Assembly: GCF_006345805.1 (NCBI RefSeq)
Contig: NW_021823922.1
Coordinates: forward strand, 1 to 20,757
DNA length: 20,757 nucleotides
Direction of reading: 5' to 3'
Source: Octopus sinensis
Taxonomy: Eukaryota
Part shown: in pieces, positions 1 to 9,955 of the stretch
Layout of the letters: each line of letters opens with the position of its first letter
Position numbering within the stretch: the first letter of the stretch is position 1
Made by a program: the position numbers and the translations under genes
The notes under the pieces: generated by a model
Told to the model about the DNA's origin: nothing
Databases searched by the model: none
The model's input: the letters and a program-made list of their open reading frames with translations, nothing else

Positions 1-84
1 ATTTTTCTTTTATGAGGTTTTTCACGCTATCTACCCGATAATTTCTTGTTAAGTTTTCCTTATTAAGAAGTTGTCCTTAATTGC

Positions 85-190
85 TATATATATATATATA
101 TATATACACATATATATTTACACACAGAGAGACATACATACGCACAGTGCATACATACATACATACATACACACATACATATATTATATA

Positions 191-235
<45 letters not shown>

Positions 236-312
236 CATACATATATATTTACACACAGAGAGACATACATACGCACAATACATACATACATACATATACA
301 TATATATATACA
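85..312. repeat. Compound (TA)n/(TACA)n microsatellite with a 131-bp-period internal duplication
   Basis: TA and TACA runs; the 38-mer catatatatttacacacagagagacatacatacgcaca occurs at 109-146 and 240-277. Confidence 0.95.
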
Positions 313-420
313 CGAGATTTTTGTGCACACTTACGCAAAATAAAGTAAGAAAATATTTACTTTTGTAGACTAAAAATAAGGCAAGTCGTTAAAAGTAGAA
401 ATCCAAAGTGAGTCGCCGTG

Positions 421-540
421 TTATGTAGCGTGTGATCGTTACATTGACCGTGACAGAGAAAGTTGAGCAGAGAATCTGTATCAAGTTTTGCCAAACACTT
501 GAAGGTATCTGCTCAGAGGCCTAAGCCAAGTTTTCAAAAG
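421..540 (+). mobile_element. Mariner transposase N-terminal fragment (plus-strand copy)
   Basis: 450-540 translates VTEKVEQRICIKFCQTLEGICSEA*AKFSK, matching the mariner transposase start (M..K.EQR.CIKFC..L). 422-465 is an inverted repeat of 902-947. Confidence 0.8.
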
Positions 541-1100
541 GTTTTCATTATTCTCGACAACTGAAACCCGAGTGTATTTTTGGTCTGCGGAAAGCAGTTT
601 TGACACAAACTTGGTAGATAGGCGTCAGTGATAATGGATTGAACTGAACCGTAACTAAGCTGCACATCCTCTGATAATTCACGGATGGTGATTCAACGAT
701 TTCCCCTCACAGCTGCTCGCACATCTGCGATGTTATTCTCAGTTCTGCTGGTTGCGGGTCTTCCAGAATGTTCGTCAATATCGACATTTTTTCTGCCATC
801 TTGGAAACGTCTGAATCACTCGTAAACTTGTGTGTGGCTCATACACTCCTTTCTATATACTTTCTTCAACTTTGCGTAGGCTCCTGAGTGGGTATCGCAT
901 GACCAATTTTCTCTGTCATGGACAGTGTGACGATCACATGCTACACACCTTCCTTCCAAGCACTGCTGTAAACAGGGGAAGTGAGCTAGAACGTTAAACT
1001 CAGTGCGCATGGACAACAGAGTTCAAGATCAATCTTTGCCAAGCAGCTTTACTTCGCGTGCTTTGACAACAGTCCGAGTACTTACTGATCAAACTTCGTA
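528..1100 (-). mobile_element. Decayed, internally deleted mariner (Tc1/mariner) element: left end plus HTH region
   Basis: Minus strand reads AYAKLKKVYRKECMSHTQVYE*FRRFQDGRKNVDIDEHSGRPATS...NR*ITIRELSEDVQLSYGSVQSIITD / KFVSKLLSADQK...ENNENLLKT, i.e. the two HTH domains and a WVPHEL-equivalent linker. The end at 1100 reads TACGAAGTTTGATCAGTAAGTACTCGGACTG, a mariner-type TIR beginning with TA. In-frame stops and deletions are present and the DDD catalytic domain is absent. Confidence 0.9.
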
Positions 1101-1688
1101 TTTTACAATAGCATTAAATATGAAATAATTGTTTCAAATATGTTGTATTACTAACATATATACCACATAGTTAACATCGAAGAATGAAATATTACTTCTA
1201 CAATTTGTTCAGACTTCTATCTTTGCAAAGCTAATATACATGGCAAATATATATCCTCCGAAGTGAATATAGCCTACCTAATAGAACATCAGCTAACATT
1301 TGTCAAGTTTGAGAAAGAATTGTTTTGTGTCATATTTAAAAACTTTGTCTCATGTAGAAGTTTTAAGCTGACGTATAAATATGCTTTTAGAACATATATC
1401 GGCTTAGTTTTAATCGATGATTTTTGTGACGGTTATGCCTCACTCTACAGAGGAGTGTAGTGGATGCTTCTGGGCCAAATGTTTTATTGATGTTACCGCA
1501 TAACCTCTTCATTAAGACCAAATTCTAAATATTCCGAAAGATATTTATTTACAGGAATTCAGTCAGCTAACAAGTAGAATATTCGTATTTAATGATTTGC
1601 ATGAAACATATAGAAACATAAGTCTCAGCAAAAATATATATACATGCTTAATACTGGGAAATAAGGTGGGGGATGCAATTTTTGTTTA

Positions 1689-1743
1689 GCTTCCGCCTCT
1701 TGCTTCCGCCTTTTGCTTCCGCTTCTTGCTTCCGCTTTTGCTT
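1689..1743. repeat. 13-bp tandem repeat (GCTTCCGCYTYTT), about 4.3 copies
   Basis: gcttccgcctctt gcttccgcctttt gcttccgcttctt gcttccgctttt gctt. Confidence 0.9.
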
Positions 1744-1871
1744 ATATTAAAGATCAAAGAAACGATTAGGGACATCTAGGTTGCGTTTAAGATATTTATA
1801 AGCATATATACTGGAAAACCTGTCTGTTGCAATAACATCAATTTGAAGTATACGTCTAGATACGCGCAATT

Positions 1872-1934
1872 ATGTGTGTGTGCGTGTATATATATATATA
1901 CACATATATATACATATATATATGTATATATATG

Positions 1935-1973
<39 letters not shown>

Positions 1974-2166
1974 TTATACATATACATACACATACATATA
2001 TATATAAACGTATATATATATACATGCATACATATATATATGCACAGCCACATATACCCGTGTATATGCATGGCTACACATATAAACACGCAAGCGCGCA
2101 CACACACACACACATATAATACATGTATATAAGTGCACGTGTGTTTGTGTGTGATTTTGTGTGTGC

Positions 2167-2205
<39 letters not shown>

Positions 2206-2243
2206 CACATATGTATGTATGTATGTATGTATGTGTGTATGTA
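1872..2243. repeat. Compound (TG)n/(TA)n/(CA)n/(TATG)n microsatellite
   Basis: Direct reading; accounts for the Y/I/C/V/H/T-rich ORFs at 1856-2260. Confidence 0.95.
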
Positions 2244-2579
2244 TCATTTAATATATACAATATTTAAATACGACCTAATATTAGTTTCATGCAGTGAAAG
2301 CACAATAAATTGGTAAACTTATATATCAAGCTTGTGCTTCTAAGCAGTCTGTCAGACTCAAATATACAACATAGCCCGTCCTGTTTAACTATCTATTTAT
2401 TTGTTTGGAAAAAATACAAAGGACGCTGGACAAAACGGACAAAAAGTAGAATGATAAAAACACAAAAAGGAGAAAGGAAAAAAGAAAAAACAAAATCAAG
2501 TGTTGCAAACTTTTTGTCGGTTCAAATATATATATCTAGACAAACACATTTATGTAAACATATACATATAAAAAATATA

Positions 2580-3000
2580 GGCTCATGAGTGGCTGTGTGG
2601 TAAGTAGCTTGTTTACCAACCACATGGTTCCGGGTTCAGTCCCACTGCGTGGCACCTTGAGCAAGTGTCTTCTACTATAGCCTCGGGCCGACCAAAGCCT
2701 TGTGAGTGGATTTGGTAGACGGAAACAGAAAGAAGCCCGTCGTATATATGTATATATATATATATATGTATATATATGCGTGTGTGTGTTTATGCCTCTG
2801 TGTTTATCACCCTAGCATTGCTTGACAACTGATGCTGGTGTGTTTATGTCCCCGTTACTTAGCAGTGCGGCAAAAGAGACCGATAGAATAAGTACTGGGC
2901 TTACAAAAGAATAAGTTCCGGGTCGAGTTGCTCGATTAAAGGTGGTGCTCCAGCATGGCCGCAGTCAAATGACTGAAGCAAGTAAGAGAGTAAAGAGAGT
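2580..3000 (+). mobile_element. tRNA-derived SINE with CORE-like domain, internal microsatellite and tandem 3' tail
   Basis: A-box-like TGGCTGTGTGGT and B-box GGTTCAGTCCC. The segment accttgagcaagtgtcttctac resembles the CORE/MIR core (accttgggcaagttacttaacc). TA/TG run at ~2743-2790; 3' tail gtaagagagtaaagagagt. Confidence 0.85.
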
Positions 3001-3273
3001 ATATGTAAATAAATAAGTGTATATATGCGTATATATGTGCATATATATATATATATGTGAACTAGAGATCATGCTGGATATAACATTGAAAGACAGGGTG
3101 CTTTCTGAGCATGTTTTGTGAGTGAGAAGCAGGCACGCCGCGTTCTTGAAACGTTATGTCGAGGGATTATCGTTTAACATGGATTTTTTTTCTTTCACCC
3201 GGTGAGCTAGCATAATATCTGCATTAATTTAAAGATAGTTTATATTAATATAGACATGTAAGTAATTTACTTA

Positions 3274-3651
3274 TCTCTCTCTATATAAACGGCAGTTTGT
3301 CTGTGCGTGTTTCTGTGTGTCTGTTTTCTCGTACCCTCACCCTGACCACGGCTTTCAACCGATTCTGATGAAACTTGACACACACATAGCCCAATGTCAA
3401 AATTCAAAACTAACGCAGCGAAAATTTTGAAAAGTTCCCCCAGTTCTGAAAAAGATCGGTAAATTCGACATGGGGTCGAGAATCAGAAACACAAACCACA
3501 GGGGACGCAACTCGACCTTTTTAACTATCAAAAAAAAAATTTACCATCATTTATTTCCCATTTTTTTTGCTATTTTTTGGCTATAACTCTCTAAAAATGC
3601 TTTATAGTTATTTCCCTTACAAACCCGAGCAACGCCGGGCGATACTGCTAG
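3274..3651 (+). mobile_element. Non-autonomous Helitron
   Basis: Begins TC after A (3273|3274) and ends CTAG before T (3651|3652). GC hairpin CCCGAGC-AAC-GCCGGG at 3624-3639 lies just upstream of the terminus. A GTCT/GTGT-rich tract near the 5' end is typical of DINE-1/HINE-like Helitrons. Confidence 0.85.
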
Positions 3652-3745
3652 TTATAAAATATAACAAAATAAATTATCATTGCATGTTTTAAGATGCGAA
3701 ACAATTGTTGTAAAATAAGAATAAGTTTTACCATACTGTTTTTTT

Positions 3746-3850
<105 letters not shown>

Positions 3851-4031
3851 AAAAAATGAAGTTCGAAAATGCTGCTGTATTATACAATTTTTAATTTTTA
3901 TATATACATTATAACATGTTTCAGTTCCTGAAATGAACCTTATCAAAAAAAGTTATATATAAAAAAAGACAGCTCATGCCGTCAAACACAAGAAATTCAT
4001 TTATAATACACAACGGAGTCAGACATCTTAG

Positions 4032-4110
4032 AGTTCATGTATAGTTGATATATAGTTCATGTATAGTTGATATATAGTTCATGTATAGTTGATATATAGT
4101 TGAAGTATAT
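4032..4110. repeat. 22-bp minisatellite (AGTTCATGTATAGTTGATATAT) x3 plus a degenerate partial copy
   Basis: Three exact copies at 4032-4053, 4054-4075 and 4076-4097. Confidence 0.95.
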
Positions 4111-4285
4111 GTTCAAAGTGTTCGATGCAGTGGCCCACGGTGGCGATACGTATTCAATACAAAAAACAGATCAAAGTGGTGGAAAGCGGTCAATACAGAA
4201 GATTGATGTTTCCGAAAGAGCGAGGAATTCATTTTTACCTTAAGCAATTGTGATGACCCATGGTGGAAGTTCGCATATATATAAA

Positions 4286-4518
4286 ACATGATCACGTGAC
4301 CGATCAGGTTGTTTGATATTGTTACACATCGCTGCGTTTTTGCATTGTTTTAGTTTTCAAATGACTCTACCCCACTGGCTAGTTGAGCAGATAAACGTTT
4401 CCGCCGCTCCACCCTCCGGCCAGAAGGAGACCTGGAGCAACGTGAAATGTCAGGGAATCGAAACCAGAATTTGGCGATCGTGAGTGCAACAGCTTCACCA
4501 CTAGGCCACGCGCCTTCA
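4286..4518 (-). mobile_element. tRNA-derived SINE (second family)
   Basis: Minus strand TGAAGGCGCGTGGCCTAGTGGTGAAG (A box TGGCCTAGTGG), then GGTTTCGATTCC (B box). 3' end ctgatcggtcacgtgat. Confidence 0.8.
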
Positions 4519-4544
4519 CACACACATATGTGTGTGTGTGATAG

Positions 4545-4950
4545 CTGTCCACTTGTGACCGAGGAAGACTATCATTGACATTTGCTCTTCCAAAATGACA
4601 TCAATGACCGTGCATGAGGTTATTGCACCTTCATCGGCTTCATCCACGTTCGCACCTGCGGATGTATACTTGCCGTGGGTCTCTCCTACCCGACTCAGCA
4701 TCGGAAAATCGCCTCGCCGGCTATTACACAACTTAAAATTTTACGTACAGGTTTGCACAAACATTCTCCACTCTACTTACATCATCCAGAGATATTCAAT
4801 GCCAATATGGTTACCCGCACTGATCTACAACTTACTGAAAATACTACCATAGATTTATACACTGAGGTAACTTTTGGTTATGTTGCCGTCTTGAGATAAG
4901 TCAGAAAAGTGTCTTCGAAATAAGCACCATTGCCTTCTATGGTATGTAGT
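4545..4950 (-). mobile_element. Probable highly decayed RTE-type LINE 3' end
   Basis: GC is higher than the flanks. Minus-strand fragments EWRMFVQ, YIRRCER and SR*RCNN loosely follow the RTE ORF C-terminus (WR..V; C..C.R..SH.RRC), followed by a UTR-like gtcttcctcggtcacaag. Multiple frameshifts; similarity judged by eye only. Confidence 0.35.
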
Positions 4951-5006
4951 TAAATAATATACATTGAGTAATACAGGAGTATGTACTCTCTCACTCCGTC
5001 TTTCTC

Positions 5007-5010
<4 letters not shown>

Positions 5011-5040
<30 letters not shown>
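5011..5040. repeat. (TG)n microsatellite
   Basis: Direct reading. Confidence 0.97.
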
Positions 5041-5043
<3 letters not shown>

Positions 5044-7329
5044 TGAAGAATGGTGAGGAGGTGAGGAGAGAGAAAGCAAAGTTTTATATATCACCAGGTG
5101 ATATATCATTTAAAATTTTACAAAATCCTTTTCCCGTTGTCAGTGCCTGTTAATGCTCGAATGATTGCTGCCCTCATGTGATGTGTCTCAGACACTTACG
5201 AAAGGTTATTTCAGTAAGATAAATGTATTTCAGTTTACTGTTGGCATAGTACCTCGTATGAATTGACCAAACATTAGCCTTGACTCTTTAAGACTGCTGT
5301 TATGGATATGGGATGTTCGGCACGAAGGATATACATTTGAAGAAAATGAGAAGTCAAGTACTAGCCAAGAGAATGAATCACCTAATATCATACGATGACA
5401 AATCATCCTCTAAGAGTTTAAAGTGTCGCAAATAATAGAGTTGAGATTCAAACAGGGAAGGTATATTTAACTGAAGCTTATTTTCTTCTGGGAAGTGTTT
5501 GTGTCACTAAAGCAATGATTCAATCGTTGAGTATTTGTAAGTCAACTGTTTGTTTGTTTTGCTTTTTTGTGTTAGAATTTATGTATTATACTAGAATTTT
5601 AGTATTTCTTTCTTTCATTTCAACAAAGAATATCAAGCTAAAAGGAAAATTTTACATCTAAATTTAGAATAAAAATAAAAATAATTGTTTTGACAGAGCA
5701 ATAGAATCAATTTTACTAGGCTTAATATTGAGTGCAATATACAATTAGAAAATGTTTTTCTTTATCTTTTGGGACTTATTTCCTAATTATAACACGTGCA
5801 AACTATTTTCGGTCGATTTTTATGATAAATGCCTTACTACTTGTTACCATCGAAGTAATAAGTTCCCGTAAGTTGAATCGGCGTAGTGGTTTTGATACCT
5901 AATAAAAAGTATTCTAATCCCCGACCTCTAATACCTGTCTACCTAAGGAAAAATTTATGTTCAAAATAGAGTTCATTAATATTTCAATTTCGCCTATTAC
6001 TGACAAACTCACGTTGATTAAATACGATTTGAAACAAAATGTTAGTCATTTTCATATTCTTAAACTTTCATAAATAACGTAAATGAGCAGGAAATTATAG
6101 CTAACCATTATTTAGCGAAGTGGGTAAGCTAAGCAGATCATGGACGTGATCCATTTTTCCTGTACTGAAATCGGTATTGTACTCTCAGTAAAAGATAAAA
6201 AATAAAAATTTGACAGTTTAATTTCAAATAATGAAACGAAAACTGGCAATTGTTTTTATTGTTAAAAATAGGAAACTGTTTTTCTTAAAGCGATAATAAA
6301 TAGAACAGAGTATAAACTATGAGTAGATAAACTCAGTTTTCATATTTTCCAGCAACTCATAAGAACATTTCATGAAAAACAATAATTATTTTATTGAAAT
6401 CATTCAAATTCTCAGTTTCCTATAGAATCCCATTCTATTTGGTTTCAAGTATCACATACAAGTTGAATGGTCTAGGAGAGTAGGACACATCTATAGAGCT
6501 CAATAAACATAAAAGTCAAGTTTCTGCTTTCACAATCAATATTGAGTGAGGAAAAATCTAATTAAAATACTCGGTGTAATTTCCCTTTAGTTACCAATAT
6601 AGTAAAACATTTTGAATCAGATGAATGCAGTGCCAACAAAATATAATAAAAACCCTTCAAACAATTGATTAAACTTTTGTCAAGAGGTAAAAGAGAAATC
6701 TAATGCTTCGAGTTTTGAGATGATGTCTTTATCGAAGAGAGATGGCATTTCATCTGGTTTTGAAGGAATACATTCTATTATACATCTGCTCGACCACAGT
6801 ATATCTAAAGCTAAACAACATCAATAAAATTTTATTATGAAAGTTATGGCAGATTAAATTTTATAGAAATTGAAATAATTTCTCAAAACATAATGTAAGA
6901 CGAAAAAAACATTGTCCGAACTACAACATACAAAACTTTCATAAGAAGAATAAAAATACATTAAGAAACGAATAAGAACACTACCTCTTGCTCCGTTGGT
7001 GTTTAGTATTTTATATTTAATATAGCTATCACCTGCCATCGGAACATTAACATTGCTTTGTGTGACTAATAGTGAACACGTGTTACATTAGGGAATATAC
7101 AATGAGAGTATATTATGGTTACGTTAAACCGTCTCGTGTACACCACAAGATAAATGAAATGATTAAGGCATCCTTAAAAGAAACAAAGCATTGGAATTTA
7201 ATTCTTATTGGAATAATAGTTTTTGTTTTCTGTTTTATACTCACATAAAAGTAAATGGTTCACCAGTCGGTTTATGCTATGAATAAACCAATTGTTCGAT
7301 CAACTGTAGCTACTTACTCATTGAACAAT

Positions 7330-7592
7330 AGTTTTAGTGACGGAGTATGCCACTGATGCTGGAATCCTTAACGTATTTCTCAAGGAAAATCCACAAGGCT
7401 AGACTTCTGAATTACAGATAAGTTCATCTGAAAGCTTTCTACACAACCTCTATCTCCCCAGTTTCACCCACAAACATTTAACCTGCCTCGAGGCTATGGT
7501 AGAAGATATTTGCCCAAGATGCCACGCAGTTGAATCGAAACCTGGAACTCCTGATTATGAAACGTACTGTTTAATGTCCCTTACACTCGCAT
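7330..7592 (-). mobile_element. Decayed SINE sharing its 5' and CORE-like region with the SINE at 2580
   Basis: Minus strand ggtttcgattcaactgcgtggcatcttgggcaaatatcttctaccatagcctcg aligns to plus-strand 2633-2684 ggttcagtcccactgcgtggcaccttgagcaagtgtcttctactatagcctcg. The 3' boundary is uncertain. Confidence 0.7.
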
Positions 7593-7637
7593 GTGTGTGT
7601 GTACGCACGCACACACACACATACACATACATATATA

Positions 7638-8107
7638 AACAAAATCGAACACATACACAGGGTACGTGTGTTGTTAGTTGGATGGTCGGCTGCGGTTTTC
7701 AGGTGCAAGAGAATATATTATCTATGCGCCTGTTGTAACCCGTGAAAGTAAGTCAGAGTCAAGCGAGACAACTCACATCAAGTTCTCGGAACAACAAACG
7801 CCGATGTTTCATCAGTTTTGACTTATCGATGCTGCTTACCGAATAAGGCTTGCTGCAAGCCATATCGCCGAGTATGACTATATGCTAAAGGGACTAAACA
7901 CCATCTGCTGACATGCACTAACGTTTTATGTCACGAAAGAAATTCAAATATAAATTAGAAGCAGCTCGAAGTATATGAACAAAATCGAACACACATACAC
8001 GAGGTATGACAGGTGTTCTTTGCACCAGGCGCATAGAGAATACATTCTCTTACGCCTAAAAACCGCTTCTGACCCACGTATCTTGTGTATGTGTGTTCAA
8101 TTTTGTT
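7638..8107. mobile_element. MITE-like element with ~90-100 bp imperfect terminal inverted repeats, TA-flanked
   Basis: 7638-7737 is the imperfect reverse complement of 8021-8107 (e.g. caggcgcatag, aatatattctctt/aatacattctctt, aaaaccgc, tgtgtatgtg..ttcgattttgtt). TA on both flanks (7636-7637, 8108-8109). A third, direct copy of the terminal ~30 bp lies at 7978-8008. Confidence 0.7.
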
Positions 8108-9854
8108 TAGCAACAAAATTTTGCAATAAGTGATCAAACTTTAATTTTAATTTTTGAGTTCGATCAAACTTTAAGATCGAACTCAAAATTTTGTTGCTAA
8201 ACAAAATTTTGAGTTCGATCTTACTGCGTGGTATATTAAGTAAATATAATTTCTACAACGTATTTCACTCTCACATATATGAGTGTAATTCGGAATAGAG
8301 AAATTGTATAGCAGTCTGGCGGGGTGATTGCTCTTGTGAATCAAAATCCACAACCGTGACACGCTAATTCTGTCTTAGAATGAAGTTACGAAACATCATG
8401 TACACGTTAAATCAGGAGCAGGTAATTCAGTTGATTACACAACGGAATTCTCAAGGCCGAACAATAGCGATCAACCACCATCATGTAAGTTTATGTGTAT
8501 GTGTGACTCTGTGTATGTGTATGAGTATATTTATAAGTATATGTACATGTATGCGCATATGTACGCATAAATACGTATTAAGGCACACACGCACGCACAC
8601 GCATAGTTTATAACGAATAAGAGAGGAAAGTAATATAAATACACGTTATAGATTATAATTATAAGTTATCTTTAAACCAGAGGTTTGACCTGAATGCATG
8701 TAGTATGCTGTGCTCCGTTAAAGGCATCCAAGATCATGTAGTGGCGTAAAATTTGGCGATCGCTGAAATTTCAATTATAAAATTATAAGGCGGTGTCAGA
8801 GAAAAATGCAATGAGAATATATAAAATCACTTTCGAAAACTATTTTACATTATTAATTTACCATGAAATTCTTAAAAGAAAACATTAGGAAACCTTTATT
8901 TACCTTGATATGAAAAGTGCCAATAACTTATCAGATCAATTCGTCTCAAAAATTAGTCTTACAAATCTTGTCTCGTTTTTTTAACTATCTTCTACTGATA
9001 CTGTTCTATCATAAAAAATTAAGTAGCTGAAATATTGTGAATCAGTCAAACGGACTACAATTACTTTTTTTCTTTTTTTTTTTTTTTTTCAAAATTAACT
9101 ACTCGAAATTTCAGTTTGAAGTATTAGATAAATTCATATTTAACTTTTTTCATTCAAAAATTAAAGTTTGATCACTTATTGCAAGGTTGTGTCACTTACG
9201 TTCCATGCATATATAAACCAAGTATATTCAATTTTTATTTAAAGTTAAAACCATTTTCAATTGGATTGTTGGAAAATCAAAGTAAACAGAGCATTCAAAA
9301 CTTATTGAGATTTAATTCCCTTGCTATAACTACTATCAGTCAGCCTAGTAGACACTTAAATATAAAAATATCTTTATATCGTCTTTACGACAGCTATGTT
9401 CTGGAAGTGACCTAGAAAATTTTCCAACTTTCTTGAACGTACAGCAGACATTTCTACAGAAGCAAATAGTTTATATGTTCTGCACCTGTCTTAAGTGCTT
9501 CCATTTAATGCGACAGTGAAAAGAGAGGGCACCCAATAGTTATTTGGATCGTGTTCTCATTTTTTTCTTTTTTGTGTTTTCAGATGAATCTGTATTGTAC
9601 CACGCCGTAAAAATGCATAATCTCATAGAAAGAATTTCATACAACCCAAAATTAGACGTTAAGCAAAATAAGCCCATGAGAACAGCTATCATAGTGTAGA
9701 AAAGATTGTTTGCCAACATATCATGGCAGTCCCGGTCCAGGACGAATGTTGCTGTAATTTAGCCCCGAGAGACATCGTCTCCAGCTGGCTATACGACACG
9801 ATCTGTGTCCTAACATTTTCGAACAAGGGAATCTAGCACCCCAAAGCAGCTCAA

Positions 9855-9915
9855 AACAATATCTGTGTATCGCAATTTCCGGGCTATTTCCCTTCATCAG
9901 CACAGAATAATCGTT
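9855..9915 (-). ncRNA. Type I hammerhead ribozyme-like motif (minus strand)
   Basis: AACGAU-UAU-UCUGUG [stem I] CUGAUGA A GGG-AAAUAG-CCC G GAAA UUGCGA U A^ CACAGA-U-AUUGUU. The core CUGAUGA/GAAA/UH is intact, stem I is 6+6 bp around a 3x1 internal loop, and stem III AUUGCGAU is near-palindromic. The A.G pair next to the core in stem II is non-canonical. Confidence 0.7.
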
Positions 9916-9955
9916 CGGCTAATTCCCGTTCGATATATATAATTTCTCTAGCCGA

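Noticed and set aside
77-328. ORFs rich in Y/I/C/V/H/T (also 1856-2260, 3728-3946, 11143-11364, 14789-14998, 17802-18073, 18328-18567, 18846-19133)
   Set aside because: They are stop-free translations of TA/CA/TG microsatellites, not genes.
2590-2645. A/B boxes as a tRNA gene (also 4455-4510 and 15500-15580)
   Set aside because: No complete cloverleaf; each continues into a SINE body.
3066-3115. MLDITLKDRVLSE, similar to an RTE ORF motif
   Set aside because: Too short (~15 codons) and without supporting flanking similarity.
5234-5392. Possible exon (LLLWIWDVRHEGYTFEENEK...) after a TTTCAG acceptor
   Set aside because: In-frame stop between the acceptor and the peptide, no recognisable domain and no clear donor site.
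9721-9903. 60-aa minus-strand ORF
   Set aside because: Lies in a fold-back arm; the homologous other arm does not keep an open frame in the track, and no protein motif is recognisable.
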